DNA of 64,000 nt from an uncultured Bacilli bacterium (GTDB lineage Bacteria > Bacillota_I > Bacilli_A > RF39 > UBA660): the NCBI GenBank assembly GCA_934120265.1, contig CAKOTU010000001.1, positions 69,395 to 133,394 on the forward strand, given 5' to 3'. Under the pieces are notes generated by a model. The model was not told the DNA's origin. It did not search any database and saw only the letters and a list, made by a program, of their open reading frames with translations. Positions 19,153 to 28,843 of this stretch are shown one piece after another. Position 1 is the first letter of the stretch. Every line of letters begins with the position of its first letter. The translations under genes were made by a program, and so were the position numbers.

Positions 19153-20256
19153 ATGGAAAAAATTGACAAGTTAAGTAAAATAATTGTAAATCATTCGTTA
19201 GAAATAAATAAAGATGATAAAGTCTTAATAACTTATCAAAATCAAGCTTGTAACGATTTAGTAGTAGGTATTATTCGTGAGATAAAAAATATAGGTGCAA
19301 CTGTAAATGTAAAATTAATAGATCCAATTGTAAATCATGAATTACTTCTTGCAACAACAGAAAATAGGGCTAAATTAATGGGAAATTATAGTGAATTTGA
19401 AGTTGAAAATTATACTGCATTTATTCAAATTAGATATAATATCAATGATTATGAAGATAATGATATATCTAGTGATATAAGGAACTCAATCAGTAAATAT
19501 ACTAGAAAGTTTGATGAGGTTAGAATTAATGAAAGAAAATGGGTTCTTCTCAATTATCCAAGTCCACTAGATGCATATAAAGCTCACCAAAGCATAGATA
19601 AATTTAAGAATTATGCACTAGATTCTATGATTACAGATTATAATGATTTATATGAAAGAATGCGTCCTTTAAAAGTTTTAATGGAAAAAACAGATATAGT
19701 CAAAATTATAGGTCCTAACACAGATATTAGTTTTTCTATAAAAGATATGCCTATTATTCCTTGCTGTGGTAAATCAAATCTTCCTGACGGAGAACTTTTT
19801 ACCGCACCCATAAAAACAAGTGTTAATGGTAAAATAACATATAATACACCATCACCTTATCGTGGTTCGATTTTTAACAATGTATCTTTAGAGTTTAAAA
19901 ATGGAAAAATAATTAATATGACTTGTGATGGTGATAATGAATTACTTACAGAAATTTTTAATACTGATGAGGGTAGTAAATATATTGGTGAGTTCTCTTT
20001 AGGGTTAAATCCTAATATTAGAAATCCAATAGGTGATATACTATTTGATGAAAAAATTAAGGGTAGTATTCATTTTACACCGGGGCAGGCTTATTATGAA
20101 GCTGATAATGGTAACAGATCAGATATTCATTGGGATTTAGTTTTAATTCAAAGACCAGAATATGGTGGTGGTGAAATATATTTTGATGATGTTTTAATAA
20201 GAAAAGATGGGGAATTTGTCGTCTCTGAATTAAAACATTTGAATTATAATTCATAA
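19153..20256 (+). CDS. M29 family aminopeptidase (AmpS/PepS-like)
   Basis: NLPDGELFTAP, GEFSLGLNPN, LFDEKIKGSIHFTPG, IHWDLV motifs. Confidence 0.85.
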   Translation: MEKIDKLSKIIVNHSLEINKDDKVLITYQNQACNDLVVGIIREIKNIGATVNVKLIDPIVNHELLLATTENRAKLMGNYSEFEVENYTAFIQIRYNINDYEDNDISSDIRNSISKYTRKFDEVRINERKWVLLNYPSPLDAYKAHQSIDKFKNYALDSMITDYNDLYERMRPLKVLMEKTDIVKIIGPNTDISFSIKDMPIIPCCGKSNLPDGELFTAPIKTSVNGKITYNTPSPYRGSIFNNVSLEFKNGKIINMTCDGDNELLTEIFNTDEGSKYIGEFSLGLNPNIRNPIGDILFDEKIKGSIHFTPGQAYYEADNGNRSDIHWDLVLIQRPEYGGGEIYFDDVLIRKDGEFVVSELKHLNYNS

Positions 20257-20286
20257 TGTTGCTCATATACTTAAGTAGGTGATATA

Positions 20287-21126
20287 GTGAAAAAATATTT
20301 TCAAATAGTTGGTATTGTTGCTTTAGCTTGTTTTAGTTTTATACTTACAGAAAAAACGGCTTTAATGGTTCGAAATAGTGATACATTGATGCAGACGATA
20401 AAAGAAAATGAATCTCTTTATAAAGTAGAGAGTGTTAATGCCAGTATTTCGGGAGATACTATTATTCCTGGTATTGGTGGAAAAAAAGTAAATGATAATA
20501 AGAGTTATTCTAATATGAAAAGATTAGGACAGTTTAATTCCAATTTGCTTATATATGATTATATTTTACCAGAAATAACTTTGACTAAAACTTTTGATAA
20601 ATATGTTATAGGTGGTAACCCAAGAAAGAATATGGTTAGTCTTATTATCAAAGTTAGTGAAAATGACAATGTTGATGAAGTATTAAAGTTAACTGAAGAT
20701 ACTAAAGTTAATTTATTTATAGATGGTGTATGGCTTGAAAAAAATGAATCAAAGTTAGAAAATTTAAAAAATTATAATATAGGAAATTTAAGTTATAGTG
20801 GTGATTATAGTAAAAGTGGTTTTATTTGGATGAACACTATTATAAATAAACACTCTAATCAGAAGAATAAGTATTGTTACCAGGAAGAAAAAAATGAAGA
20901 GTATTTAAAAATATGTGCGCTACAAAAAAACTACACAATTCTTCCATCTATAGTAGTTCAAGATAATCCCTTAATAGAAATAAAAAGTAATATAAAAGCG
21001 GGAAGTATAGTATCAATGTCTATTAATGATAAAACAATTAAAGAATTGCCATTGATAATTAGTTATATTAATAGTAAAGGTTATAAAATTGTTGATTTAG
21101 ATGATCTTTTAAGCGAAGATTATTAA
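20287..21126 (+). CDS. Membrane-anchored protein, possibly a divergent polysaccharide-deacetylase-like sporulation protein
   Basis: GTG start after AGGTGA. N-terminal TM. Layout KNMVSLIIKV...VLKLTEDTKVNLFIDGVWLEKN loosely resembles PdaB/YlxY-type proteins, but catalytic residues were not verified. Confidence 0.3.
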   Translation: MKKYFQIVGIVALACFSFILTEKTALMVRNSDTLMQTIKENESLYKVESVNASISGDTIIPGIGGKKVNDNKSYSNMKRLGQFNSNLLIYDYILPEITLTKTFDKYVIGGNPRKNMVSLIIKVSENDNVDEVLKLTEDTKVNLFIDGVWLEKNESKLENLKNYNIGNLSYSGDYSKSGFIWMNTIINKHSNQKNKYCYQEEKNEEYLKICALQKNYTILPSIVVQDNPLIEIKSNIKAGSIVSMSINDKTIKELPLIISYINSKGYKIVDLDDLLSEDY

Positions 21127-21181
21127 TGTATTTACTTTGACTTTAAATCTTAATTCTAGTATACTTATATAGGTGATTATA

Positions 21182-22060
21182 GTGAATAATGACAATGAAT
21201 ATATTCCAAAACATGTTAACACAAGTAGTAAATTACCAACTAAAAAGAAAAGAAGAATAAAGGTTAAAGCAGTAACACTAGGCTTGATATTTTTAGTCTG
21301 TTTAATAATTTTTATAGTATGTTTTTCTAATGTGATTGGATGGGTAAAAGATAGTAATAAAAACAACCAAATGATAGATGAAATAACAGAAGATGTTACA
21401 ATAGAAGAAGTTCCAGATACAAATGATACAGAATTAGTAAATGAGGAGCCAAAAAAGGAAAGTGATTACTGGTATTATGTAAAACAGTCACTTATAAGTG
21501 TTGATATAGATGCTTTAAAAGTTAAAAATAGTGATACTCTAGGTTGGATAAGTGTAAATAATACTAATGTTAATTATCCTTTTGTTCAAGCAAGTGATAA
21601 TGATTATTATTTAAAACATGCTTTTGATAAAAGTAATAATTCTGCAGGATGGATATTTTTGGATTATCGAAATAACAAGGATTTTTCTGATAAAAATAAT
21701 ATTTTATATGGTCATGCTAGAAGAGACAATAGTATGTTTGGTTCACTACGTAGTGTTATTACAAAAGATTGGTACTCAAATAAAGATAATCACATTATAA
21801 AACTATCTACAGAAACAGAAAATACAATGTGGCAAATTTTTTCTGTTTACAGAATAGAAACAGAAAGTTATTATTTGACAACGACTTTTTCAACAAATCT
21901 AGAATATGAAAGATTTCTAAGTACTATTAAAGAACGTAGTCTTTATGATTTTGATGTAACTTTATCTAGAAATGACAAAATATTAACCTTAAGTACTTGT
22001 AGTGGGGAACATAATAGAATTGTTGTTCATGCTAAATTAATTAAGAGAAGTTCAAGATAA
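21182..22060 (+). CDS. srtB: Class B sortase
   Basis: N-terminal TM. WISVNNTNVNYPFVQASDNDYYL, LYGHARRDNSMFGSL, LTLSTCSG active-site Cys motif. Confidence 0.8.
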   Translation: MNNDNEYIPKHVNTSSKLPTKKKRRIKVKAVTLGLIFLVCLIIFIVCFSNVIGWVKDSNKNNQMIDEITEDVTIEEVPDTNDTELVNEEPKKESDYWYYVKQSLISVDIDALKVKNSDTLGWISVNNTNVNYPFVQASDNDYYLKHAFDKSNNSAGWIFLDYRNNKDFSDKNNILYGHARRDNSMFGSLRSVITKDWYSNKDNHIIKLSTETENTMWQIFSVYRIETESYYLTTTFSTNLEYERFLSTIKERSLYDFDVTLSRNDKILTLSTCSGEHNRIVVHAKLIKRSSR

Positions 22061-22105
22061 GCACATAATATGTGCTTTTTTTCATATAATTAATTGGGTG
22101 ATTAT

Positions 22106-22891
22106 ATGGATTTTGATATTGGTGATTTAGTAACTAGAAAATCATATAATAATGATTTAGTTTTTATTATAACGGATATTATAGATGATAATTATTATTT
22201 AAAAGGAACAAATATAAGATTGTGCGCAGATAGCCCCAAAGATGATCTCATTAAATATGAAGAAAAGGAAAGAGATAAAGAAGAAGAGGAATTTATTGAA
22301 AGGTCAAAACCAAAAAATGACTTAGATCGCACGGATTATTTTTACTTACCTGGAAAAATACTTCATATCGATGGTGATAAAGATTATTTAGATCGATGTT
22401 TAAAATATTATAATGATGCCAATATTTGGGCAATGGGAATAAATGAAGTAGAAGAAAATGTTCCTTTGTATATTAGAGATTGGTTAGAGGAATATCGTCC
22501 TAATATTGTAATCATAACTGGTCATGATGCTTATTATAAGCATGATGGCAAAAAGAATAATATAGATGCTTATAAGAACAGTGGTAATTTTATTAAAGCT
22601 GTAAAAGAAGCTCGTAAGTATGAATCTAGTCATGATAAGTTAATAATCATAGCAGGGGCGTGTCAATCTGATTATGAAGATCTTATCAAAGCTGGAGCTA
22701 ACTTTGCATCTAGTCCTAAAAGAGTAAATATTCATGCTTTAGATCCTGCTATTATTGCAACTCGTATGAGTTTATCTGATATTAGTAAAGATATAGATTT
22801 AAAAAATATCTTAGATCAAACAAAATATGGTAGTGATGGGATGGGAGGAATAATTACCAAAGGAACTATGTATGTTGGGTTTCCGAGATAG
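22106..22891 (+). CDS. yabG: Sporulation-specific protease YabG
   Basis: MDFDIGDLVTRKSYNNDLVFIITDI start and ...IVIITGHDAY...IIAGACQS core typical of YabG. Followed by veg. Confidence 0.8.
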   Translation: MDFDIGDLVTRKSYNNDLVFIITDIIDDNYYLKGTNIRLCADSPKDDLIKYEEKERDKEEEEFIERSKPKNDLDRTDYFYLPGKILHIDGDKDYLDRCLKYYNDANIWAMGINEVEENVPLYIRDWLEEYRPNIVIITGHDAYYKHDGKKNNIDAYKNSGNFIKAVKEARKYESSHDKLIIIAGACQSDYEDLIKAGANFASSPKRVNIHALDPAIIATRMSLSDISKDIDLKNILDQTKYGSDGMGGIITKGTMYVGFPR

Positions 22892-22899
22892 GAGTTATA

Positions 22900-23115
22900 A
22901 TGACTAAAACTGAGATAAAAAATCATTTAAATGATTATATTGGATGTGATGTAACAATCAAATATAATTTAGGACGCAATAAATATGAAAGTTACCGAGT
23001 AAAAATAAAAGAATTGTATAATAATATCTTTCTTGTTGAACTTAATGATAATAATCTAATTAAGTCTTTTTCATACAATGATGTTATTACTAAAATAATT
23101 AAGATAGAATATTAA
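22900..23115 (+). CDS. veg: Veg protein
   Basis: 71 aa. IKNHLNDYIGCDVTIKYNLGRNKYESYRVKIKELYNNIFLVEL matches the Veg family. Conserved yabG-veg synteny. Confidence 0.8.
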   Translation: MTKTEIKNHLNDYIGCDVTIKYNLGRNKYESYRVKIKELYNNIFLVELNDNNLIKSFSYNDVITKIIKIEY

Positions 23116-23188
23116 TTTTTAGTTGCAAATTTTTTCCAAATAATATATACTTAAAGTGTAGGATGATATACTGGAGGGAGAGATTTTC

Positions 23189-23446
23189 ATGAAAATAACA
23201 TCTATAAATGTAAGAAAGGTCGAAAAAGAAGATTCTAATTTAAAAGCTTTTGTAAATATCACTGTAGATGATGCATTAGCTGTTAAAGATTTAAGAATTA
23301 TTGATGGTAATAATGGACTATTTGTTGCTATGCCAAGTCGTAAAAATAAAGATGGTGAGTATAGAGATATAGTTCATCCAATTAATCAAGAAGTTCGTGA
23401 TATGATGGAAGAAGAAATCATCAAAGCATATAACGAAGCAGAATAA
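23189..23446 (+). CDS. spoVG: Septation/stage V sporulation protein G
   Basis: MKITSINVRKVEKEDSNLKAFVNITVDDALAVKDLRIIDGNNGLFVAMPSRK. Confidence 0.95.
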   Translation: MKITSINVRKVEKEDSNLKAFVNITVDDALAVKDLRIIDGNNGLFVAMPSRKNKDGEYRDIVHPINQEVRDMMEEEIIKAYNEAE

Positions 23447-23513
23447 TTGATTATTTAAAGATATATTTTAGAATATATCTTTTTTTTTAACATATAATTT
23501 ATTAGGTGATAAT

Positions 23514-23801
23514 ATGGACAAGGATATAATAACTAATTACAATCATACTATTTCAATTACAGAAAGAAAAAATATTAATATAAGTGGAGTAAAAAAGATA
23601 GAAAGCTTTGATAATGAAGAGTTTTTACTAGAAACAACAATGGGATTTATTATCATAAAAGGAGATGGCTTGGAAATAATAAAACTAGATACTTATCAAG
23701 GAAATGTTGCGATAAAAGGTAAAATTAATAGTTTAATATATATGGAAAATTTAGGAAAGAAAGAAAAAGAAGAAAGTTTATTTAGTAAGTTATTCAAATA
23801 A
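23514..23801 (+). CDS. yabP: Sporulation protein YabP
   Basis: HTISITERKNINISGVKKIESFDNEEFLLETTMGFIIIKGDGLEI pattern. yabP-yabQ-divIC order. Confidence 0.8.
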   Translation: MDKDIITNYNHTISITERKNINISGVKKIESFDNEEFLLETTMGFIIIKGDGLEIIKLDTYQGNVAIKGKINSLIYMENLGKKEKEESLFSKLFK

Positions 23802-24085
23802 TGAATATAAAGTTACAAATAACAACATTATTATTTTCTTTTTTATATGGTATTTTCTTTTCCTTTTTTCTTAGTTTAAATTATAAATTTATATATAGTA
23901 ATAAAAAAATTTTTAAAACAATAATTAGTTTACTAGTTATAATTGTTTCTGTTTTAATTTATTTTATTATCCTAAAAAAAATTAATTATGGTATATTTCA
24001 TATATATGAGATATTAATGATTATACTCGGAGTAGTTGTTGAAAACATAATTATTAGTGTTATTGCTAATAAAAAAAAACCATGA
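23801..24085 (+). CDS. yabQ: Spore cortex biosynthesis protein YabQ
   Basis: Small 3-TM protein with a 1-nt stop/start overlap with yabP. Call rests on position and topology. Confidence 0.6.
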   Translation: MNIKLQITTLLFSFLYGIFFSFFLSLNYKFIYSNKKIFKTIISLLVIIVSVLIYFIILKKINYGIFHIYEILMIILGVVVENIIISVIANKKKP

Positions 24086-24112
24086 TATAATTTAAATAGG
24101 AGAGTGGTGAAA

Positions 24113-24526
24113 ATGGCAAAGAGAGTTCCAAAACAAACAAAAAGACGTCTTGTTATACTGGCGCCATTTTCAATCTTCTTTATAGTTTTCTTTTTAGTCA
24201 CATTGACTACATATTCATATAAACTAATTACCTTATCAAAAGAAGAAAAGAATTTGAAAGCCAAGCTTGTATCTCTTCAAGCTGAAGAGAGTAATTTAAA
24301 AGTGGAAATTCAAAAATTAAAAGATCCTGATTATTTAGCAAGATACGCAAGAGAAAATTATCTTTACTCTAAAGATGGTGAATATATAATCAAAATAGAG
24401 GAAAAGAATAAAGAAACTAAAGAAGAAAGTACTATAGATAAATATTATGATTATATAGTTTATGGAGCTGGAGGAGTTCTATTATTAGTGTTTGGGTACA
24501 TAATCGTTAGAAGTATAAAGAAATAA
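24113..24526 (+). CDS. divIC: Septum formation initiator (DivIC/FtsB family)
   Basis: Basic N-terminus, single TM, coiled coil LKAKLVSLQAEESNLKVEIQKLKDPDYLARYARENY. Confidence 0.7.
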   Translation: MAKRVPKQTKRRLVILAPFSIFFIVFFLVTLTTYSYKLITLSKEEKNLKAKLVSLQAEESNLKVEIQKLKDPDYLARYARENYLYSKDGEYIIKIEEKNKETKEESTIDKYYDYIVYGAGGVLLLVFGYIIVRSIKK

Positions 24527-24583
24527 TATTGAGCAATCAATATTTTTTTTATAAAAAAAATAAATAGATTATCTCTATTTATT

Positions 24584-25129
24584 CTATAATTTGAAATCAT
24601 TAGTTATTTCATCTTCGGTATTTTTACCATCGTAGTATGTTCTTATCTTATATCCACAAACTTTAGCAACAAAATTAGTTGGGAAAGATCTAACCATTTT
24701 ATTATAATCAGTAATAATATCATTGTAATATTTTCTAAATGCTTCAATCTCAGCTTCTGATTCATGAAGCGAAACTTCTATTTTTAAATATTTGTTACAA
24801 GTTTTTAAAACTTCATATTGTTCTTTATATTGTTCAAATTCATTTATTGCTTCATATAACTGTCTGTCTAAATCGAAATTTGTTAGTTTACGAGAACGAA
24901 GTTTAGTAATAATTTCTAATACTTCATCTTTTGTTTTAGTATTTGACTTAATTATACCTCTTGATTTATTTAATAAGTCAAAACGTTTCCTTAAAGTTGA
25001 ATCAATATTAGCTTCACATTCGTTAATTCTTATAATATAATCTTGATATCTGTTATAAGTACTAACGCAACAAATAAGAAACAAACATATAGCAATAAAT
25101 GTAATTAAAGTAAACATGAATATCGTCAT
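24584..25129 (-). CDS. lemA: LemA family protein
   Basis: N-terminal TM, then YNRYQDYIIRINECEANIDSTLRKRFDLLNK and C-terminal FPTNFVA...Y pattern. Confidence 0.75.
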   Translation of the reverse strand: MTIFMFTLITFIAICLFLICCVSTYNRYQDYIIRINECEANIDSTLRKRFDLLNKSRGIIKSNTKTKDEVLEIITKLRSRKLTNFDLDRQLYEAINEFEQYKEQYEVLKTCNKYLKIEVSLHESEAEIEAFRKYYNDIITDYNKMVRSFPTNFVAKVCGYKIRTYYDGKNTEDEITNDFKL

Positions 25130-25171
25130 ACTACCACCCTAATACAATTATAGCAAACTAAGATTTAAAAA

Positions 25172-25540
25172 TCAATTATTTGGGTAAAATTCAGGACTAT
25201 AATTTATTTTTTCATCAAATGATATATAATCAACATAGATCATTAAAAGTAGTTGCCATTTTCCTGTAGATGGATCACTTAAAATAATATGATCTCTACC
25301 AGATTGTTCAATGATACCATTAAATTCTAAATCACGCCACTCGGTAGAATCAGGAAAAGTCATATGGACTCTAACTTTTTTTCCTTTGTTAAGTCTTAAA
25401 ATATTTTCGATATAAGATTGTTCAAGTGGAAGATCGGTACTATAATTGGGTGCAGTTTGTTGATTAGGTGTTGGGGTATTACCATTATAAATGGGAGTAC
25501 CTGGAAATGCTTGCTTATTAAAATAAGTATTATTATTCAT
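25172..25540 (-). CDS. gerQ: Spore coat protein GerQ
   Basis: Q/N/P-rich N-terminus, then SYIENILRLNKGKKVRVHMTFPDS...EFNGIIEQSGRDHIILSDP core. Confidence 0.7.
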   Translation of the reverse strand: MNNNTYFNKQAFPGTPIYNGNTPTPNQQTAPNYSTDLPLEQSYIENILRLNKGKKVRVHMTFPDSTEWRDLEFNGIIEQSGRDHIILSDPSTGKWQLLLMIYVDYISFDEKINYSPEFYPNN

Positions 25541-25619
25541 AAAATCAATCCTTTCTATAAAAATATATTATAATGTTATTTTTTTATGACAATGTGATAT
25601 AATGATTAAGGTGATAAGT

Positions 25620-26198
25620 ATGAATATAGATATGAATGTTGGAATTTCTAATCGTCATGTACATTTAACAGAAGACGATTTTAAAAAATTATTTAATGAT
25701 AAAAAGTTAGAAGAGGTAAAATATTTAAATCAACCCGGACAATTTGCATCTAATTTAAAAGTAACTATAAAAACAGCAAAAAGTGAAATTAGTGGTGTTA
25801 GAGTTTTAGGACCATTAAGAGATTACACGCAAGTAGAAATATCAAAAACAGATGCCTATAAATTAGGGATAAATCCTCCAGTTAGAGAATCTGGTGATTT
25901 AAGTGGTAGCGCAGATATTACTATTATTGGTGATAATGAAATAACTGTAAAAGAGTGTACTATAATAGCAACTCGCCATATTCATGCGACTAAAGAAGAT
26001 TTAGAAAAATATAATTTAGATGCTAGTAAAAAGTATAGAGTAAAAGTTTATGGTGAAAAGGGTGGTATTATTAATAATGTATCAATAAAAGTTAGTGATA
26101 AATCTTTCTTTGAGATGCATTTGGATACTGATGATGGAAATGCTCATTTGTTAAAGTGTGGAGATAGAGTAACTATTATAGGAGAAGATAATGAATAA
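25620..26198 (+). CDS. pduL: PduL-type phosphate acyltransferase
   Basis: VGISNRHVHLTEDDFKKLF and ATRHIHATKED duplicated PduL motifs. Confidence 0.85.
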   Translation: MNIDMNVGISNRHVHLTEDDFKKLFNDKKLEEVKYLNQPGQFASNLKVTIKTAKSEISGVRVLGPLRDYTQVEISKTDAYKLGINPPVRESGDLSGSADITIIGDNEITVKECTIIATRHIHATKEDLEKYNLDASKKYRVKVYGEKGGIINNVSIKVSDKSFFEMHLDTDDGNAHLLKCGDRVTIIGEDNE

Positions 26199-26412
26199 AT
26201 TTGGTGTTTGTGATAGGTGTAAAGCAACAAATATAAAATCACTTATTCCAAAATTAAAAAAAATTGATGATAAAGCTATTATAAATATTGGCTGTCAAAG
26301 CGTTTGTGGTATTGGGAGAAACAAGCCATTTGTAATATGCAATGACAAGCTAATTGTTGCAGATAGCGAAGATGAATTAATTACAAAAGTAAAACAAGCT
26401 ATAAATTCTTAG
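26191..26412 (+). CDS. Small Cys-containing protein, DUF1450-like
   Basis: CDRC...GCQSVCG Cys pattern. 73 aa. Overlaps the pduL stop. Confidence 0.4.
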   Translation: MNKFGVCDRCKATNIKSLIPKLKKIDDKAIINIGCQSVCGIGRNKPFVICNDKLIVADSEDELITKVKQAINS

Positions 26413-28367
26413 CTTGTTTTATTTTCTTTAATGGTAGGAATAACATCATCTAGAGGTGTTTTTGAAATAGTTGGTTCAGTTCCTTTAATATAGTAAACTA
26501 TTTTTTTGTGTTTGGAATCATTAGTGGCTAATTCACCAGAAACAGGATCAACAAGTACTCCTACGACATTATTAGGTGTTTCGTACCAATTGTCTTCCTT
26601 ATTTTGTAAACATCCTTCGATAGTTTCTAGCCATACATTTTGTGCAATAGTACGGTCAGCACTAGGAGTAGGAGAGTTATCATCATATCCAGTCCATACT
26701 CCCACAATTAAATCTTTATTGTAGCCAAATATTAATCTATCGGTATCAGTTGTTCCTGTTTTAATCGCATATTTTTTAGTCATTCTACTAGCATAATTTA
26801 TCATTGTTGGATAACTATAATCAATTAGTTCTTTGTCATATGTGTTAGTTAAAAGTTCATTTAAGACATAAGTAATACTTTTATTTAAAACGTTTTCTTT
26901 AACCTCATCAGCTTGGTATAAAATATTTCCATGCTCATCTTCTACTTTGCTAATAAGATGTGGTTCTACTTTGTATCCTTCATTAGCAAATGCTGCATAA
27001 CCTTGCATCATATTAATCAAAGTTATTTCATTAGAACCTAAAGCTAAGGATGGAATAGGAGATAAGTTTTCGATGCCAACTCTTTTGGCAATATCAACTA
27101 AAGTTTCTTCGCCTAAAAAAAGATGAGTTTTAACGGCATATATATTATCTGAATAAGCAACAGCTGCAGCCATAGTAATTGGTTTATTGGCATATACATC
27201 ACCATAATTACTAGGACTATAGGTTTTATTTTCTGAAAAAGTAAACACAGTTTTTTCACTAGTAAATGTTGTTGTAGGGGTAAAACCATTTTCAAGTGCG
27301 GAATAATATAAAAATGGTTTCATAGTAGATCCAACTTGTCTTTTAGCAGATATAGCTCGATTAAATTGACTTTTCGAGTAATCTCTACCACCAGAAAGTG
27401 CGAGTATTTCACCGTTATTCGGATTCATAACAATACTAGCAACTTGTATTTCTTCATTTTTACTTGTATTTTTTTTGATACTTTCATCTAATATACTTTG
27501 AGCATTTTTATCAAGATATGTATATATTTTTAAACCACCAGTTTCTAAAAATGTTGCAGGTATTGTTTTAATACTTTTTAATTCACTTAAAACAGCATCT
27601 TTATAGTACATTACAGAAGTTACACCTTCGTTAGGAATAGCTCCTACATATGTAAGTTCAGTATTATAAGCATCATCAGCTTCTTCCTTACTAATGTATT
27701 TATTTTTAACCATTGAATTAAGGATTAATCTTTGTCTTTTTTTTGCTGCATCTAAATTAGAAAGAGGAGAGTAATTAGATGGGCTTTTAGGAATACCAGC
27801 TAGAATGGTTGCTTCTGCTAGTGTTAAATCTTTAGCATCTTTATTAAAGTAATAAAGACTAGCATTTTCTATTCCAAATATTCCACCATAATTAATAGTG
27901 TTTAAGTATCCTTCAAAAATTTCATCTTTAGTATAATGCGATTCTAAACGTACTGTAAGCCAGGCTTCATTTATTTTTCTAGTCCATGTTTTATCAAAAT
28001 TTAAAAATAAGTTTTTAGCGTACTGTTGCGTTATGGTAGAAGCACCTTGTAATGTTTTACCGTTGATAACATTTACATATAAAGCTTTTAAAATACGTAA
28101 TGGATCAAATCCCTGATGTGAATAAAAGTGTTTATCTTCAATTGATAGAGTAGCGTTTTTTAAATAGTCAGATATATCACTTAGTTTAACCCAGTTATCA
28201 TCATCTGTATAAAGTTCATTATTAATATCATAAAAAACATATTTATTAGCCGATTTAATAGATAGTTTAGGTGTAAATTTAGCAACTATGTAAATACCAA
28301 AATAAGTTATACTGAAAACAATAGTCATTATAATTAATACTTTTTTTAAAGTCTTAAACCATTTCAT
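26409..28367 (-). CDS. Bifunctional class A penicillin-binding protein (glycosyltransferase/transpeptidase)
   Basis: GT51 motifs SIEDKHFYSHQGFD and ASTITQQYAKN. Transpeptidase motifs STMKP, SDN (YSDN, SxN position) and KTGTT. Confidence 0.9.
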   Translation of the reverse strand: MKWFKTLKKVLIIMTIVFSITYFGIYIVAKFTPKLSIKSANKYVFYDINNELYTDDDNWVKLSDISDYLKNATLSIEDKHFYSHQGFDPLRILKALYVNVINGKTLQGASTITQQYAKNLFLNFDKTWTRKINEAWLTVRLESHYTKDEIFEGYLNTINYGGIFGIENASLYYFNKDAKDLTLAEATILAGIPKSPSNYSPLSNLDAAKKRQRLILNSMVKNKYISKEEADDAYNTELTYVGAIPNEGVTSVMYYKDAVLSELKSIKTIPATFLETGGLKIYTYLDKNAQSILDESIKKNTSKNEEIQVASIVMNPNNGEILALSGGRDYSKSQFNRAISAKRQVGSTMKPFLYYSALENGFTPTTTFTSEKTVFTFSENKTYSPSNYGDVYANKPITMAAAVAYSDNIYAVKTHLFLGEETLVDIAKRVGIENLSPIPSLALGSNEITLINMMQGYAAFANEGYKVEPHLISKVEDEHGNILYQADEVKENVLNKSITYVLNELLTNTYDKELIDYSYPTMINYASRMTKKYAIKTGTTDTDRLIFGYNKDLIVGVWTGYDDNSPTPSADRTIAQNVWLETIEGCLQNKEDNWYETPNNVVGVLVDPVSGELATNDSKHKKIVYYIKGTEPTISKTPLDDVIPTIKENKTS

Positions 28368-28486
28368 AGTATCACGCTTCCTAAAGTTATTATTTATAAT
28401 TTTAAAAAAAATATTAGTTAATTATAAAAAAAGTATGAAATTTATGAAAGATGTGCTATAATTTGGCTATTAAATGGGGAATGTAA

Positions 28487-28843
28487 ATGAAAATAAAAGG
28501 AAAAACTAATTTAAAAACTAGTAATGAAGTTGTTATTAATAACAAAGAATTTAATGGCTTAAAGAATGATAATACGATTACTTTTTATGATGATGGCATT
28601 AAAGTTAATATTACTCTAGGTGATGAAGTAACACTTAAAAGAAGTAATGATGATTATGAGATAATGCTAACTTTTAATGAAAGAAGTAGTATGGAAGGTA
28701 AATATCTTTCAAAAAAAGATAATTTGTTCTTGCCATTATATATAATTACTGATAAAATCATAGTTGGTAATAATTTATTAATAATTAATTACCGCCTAAA
28801 TGATGAAATTTATGAGTTTAAATTGGAATTTGAGGTGATATAG
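28487..28843 (+). CDS. ywiB: DUF1934 (YwiB-like) protein
   Basis: 118-aa beta-rich protein immediately upstream of, and overlapping, argS, as in the ywiB-argS pair. Confidence 0.55.
   Translation: MKIKGKTNLKTSNEVVINNKEFNGLKNDNTITFYDDGIKVNITLGDEVTLKRSNDDYEIMLTFNERSSMEGKYLSKKDNLFLPLYIITDKIIVGNNLLIINYRLNDEIYEFKLEFEVI

Noticed and set aside
21618-21800. 60-aa plus-strand ORF within the sortase gene in another frame.
   Set aside because: It is nested in the srtB CDS, has no RBS, and is a hydrophobic shadow frame.
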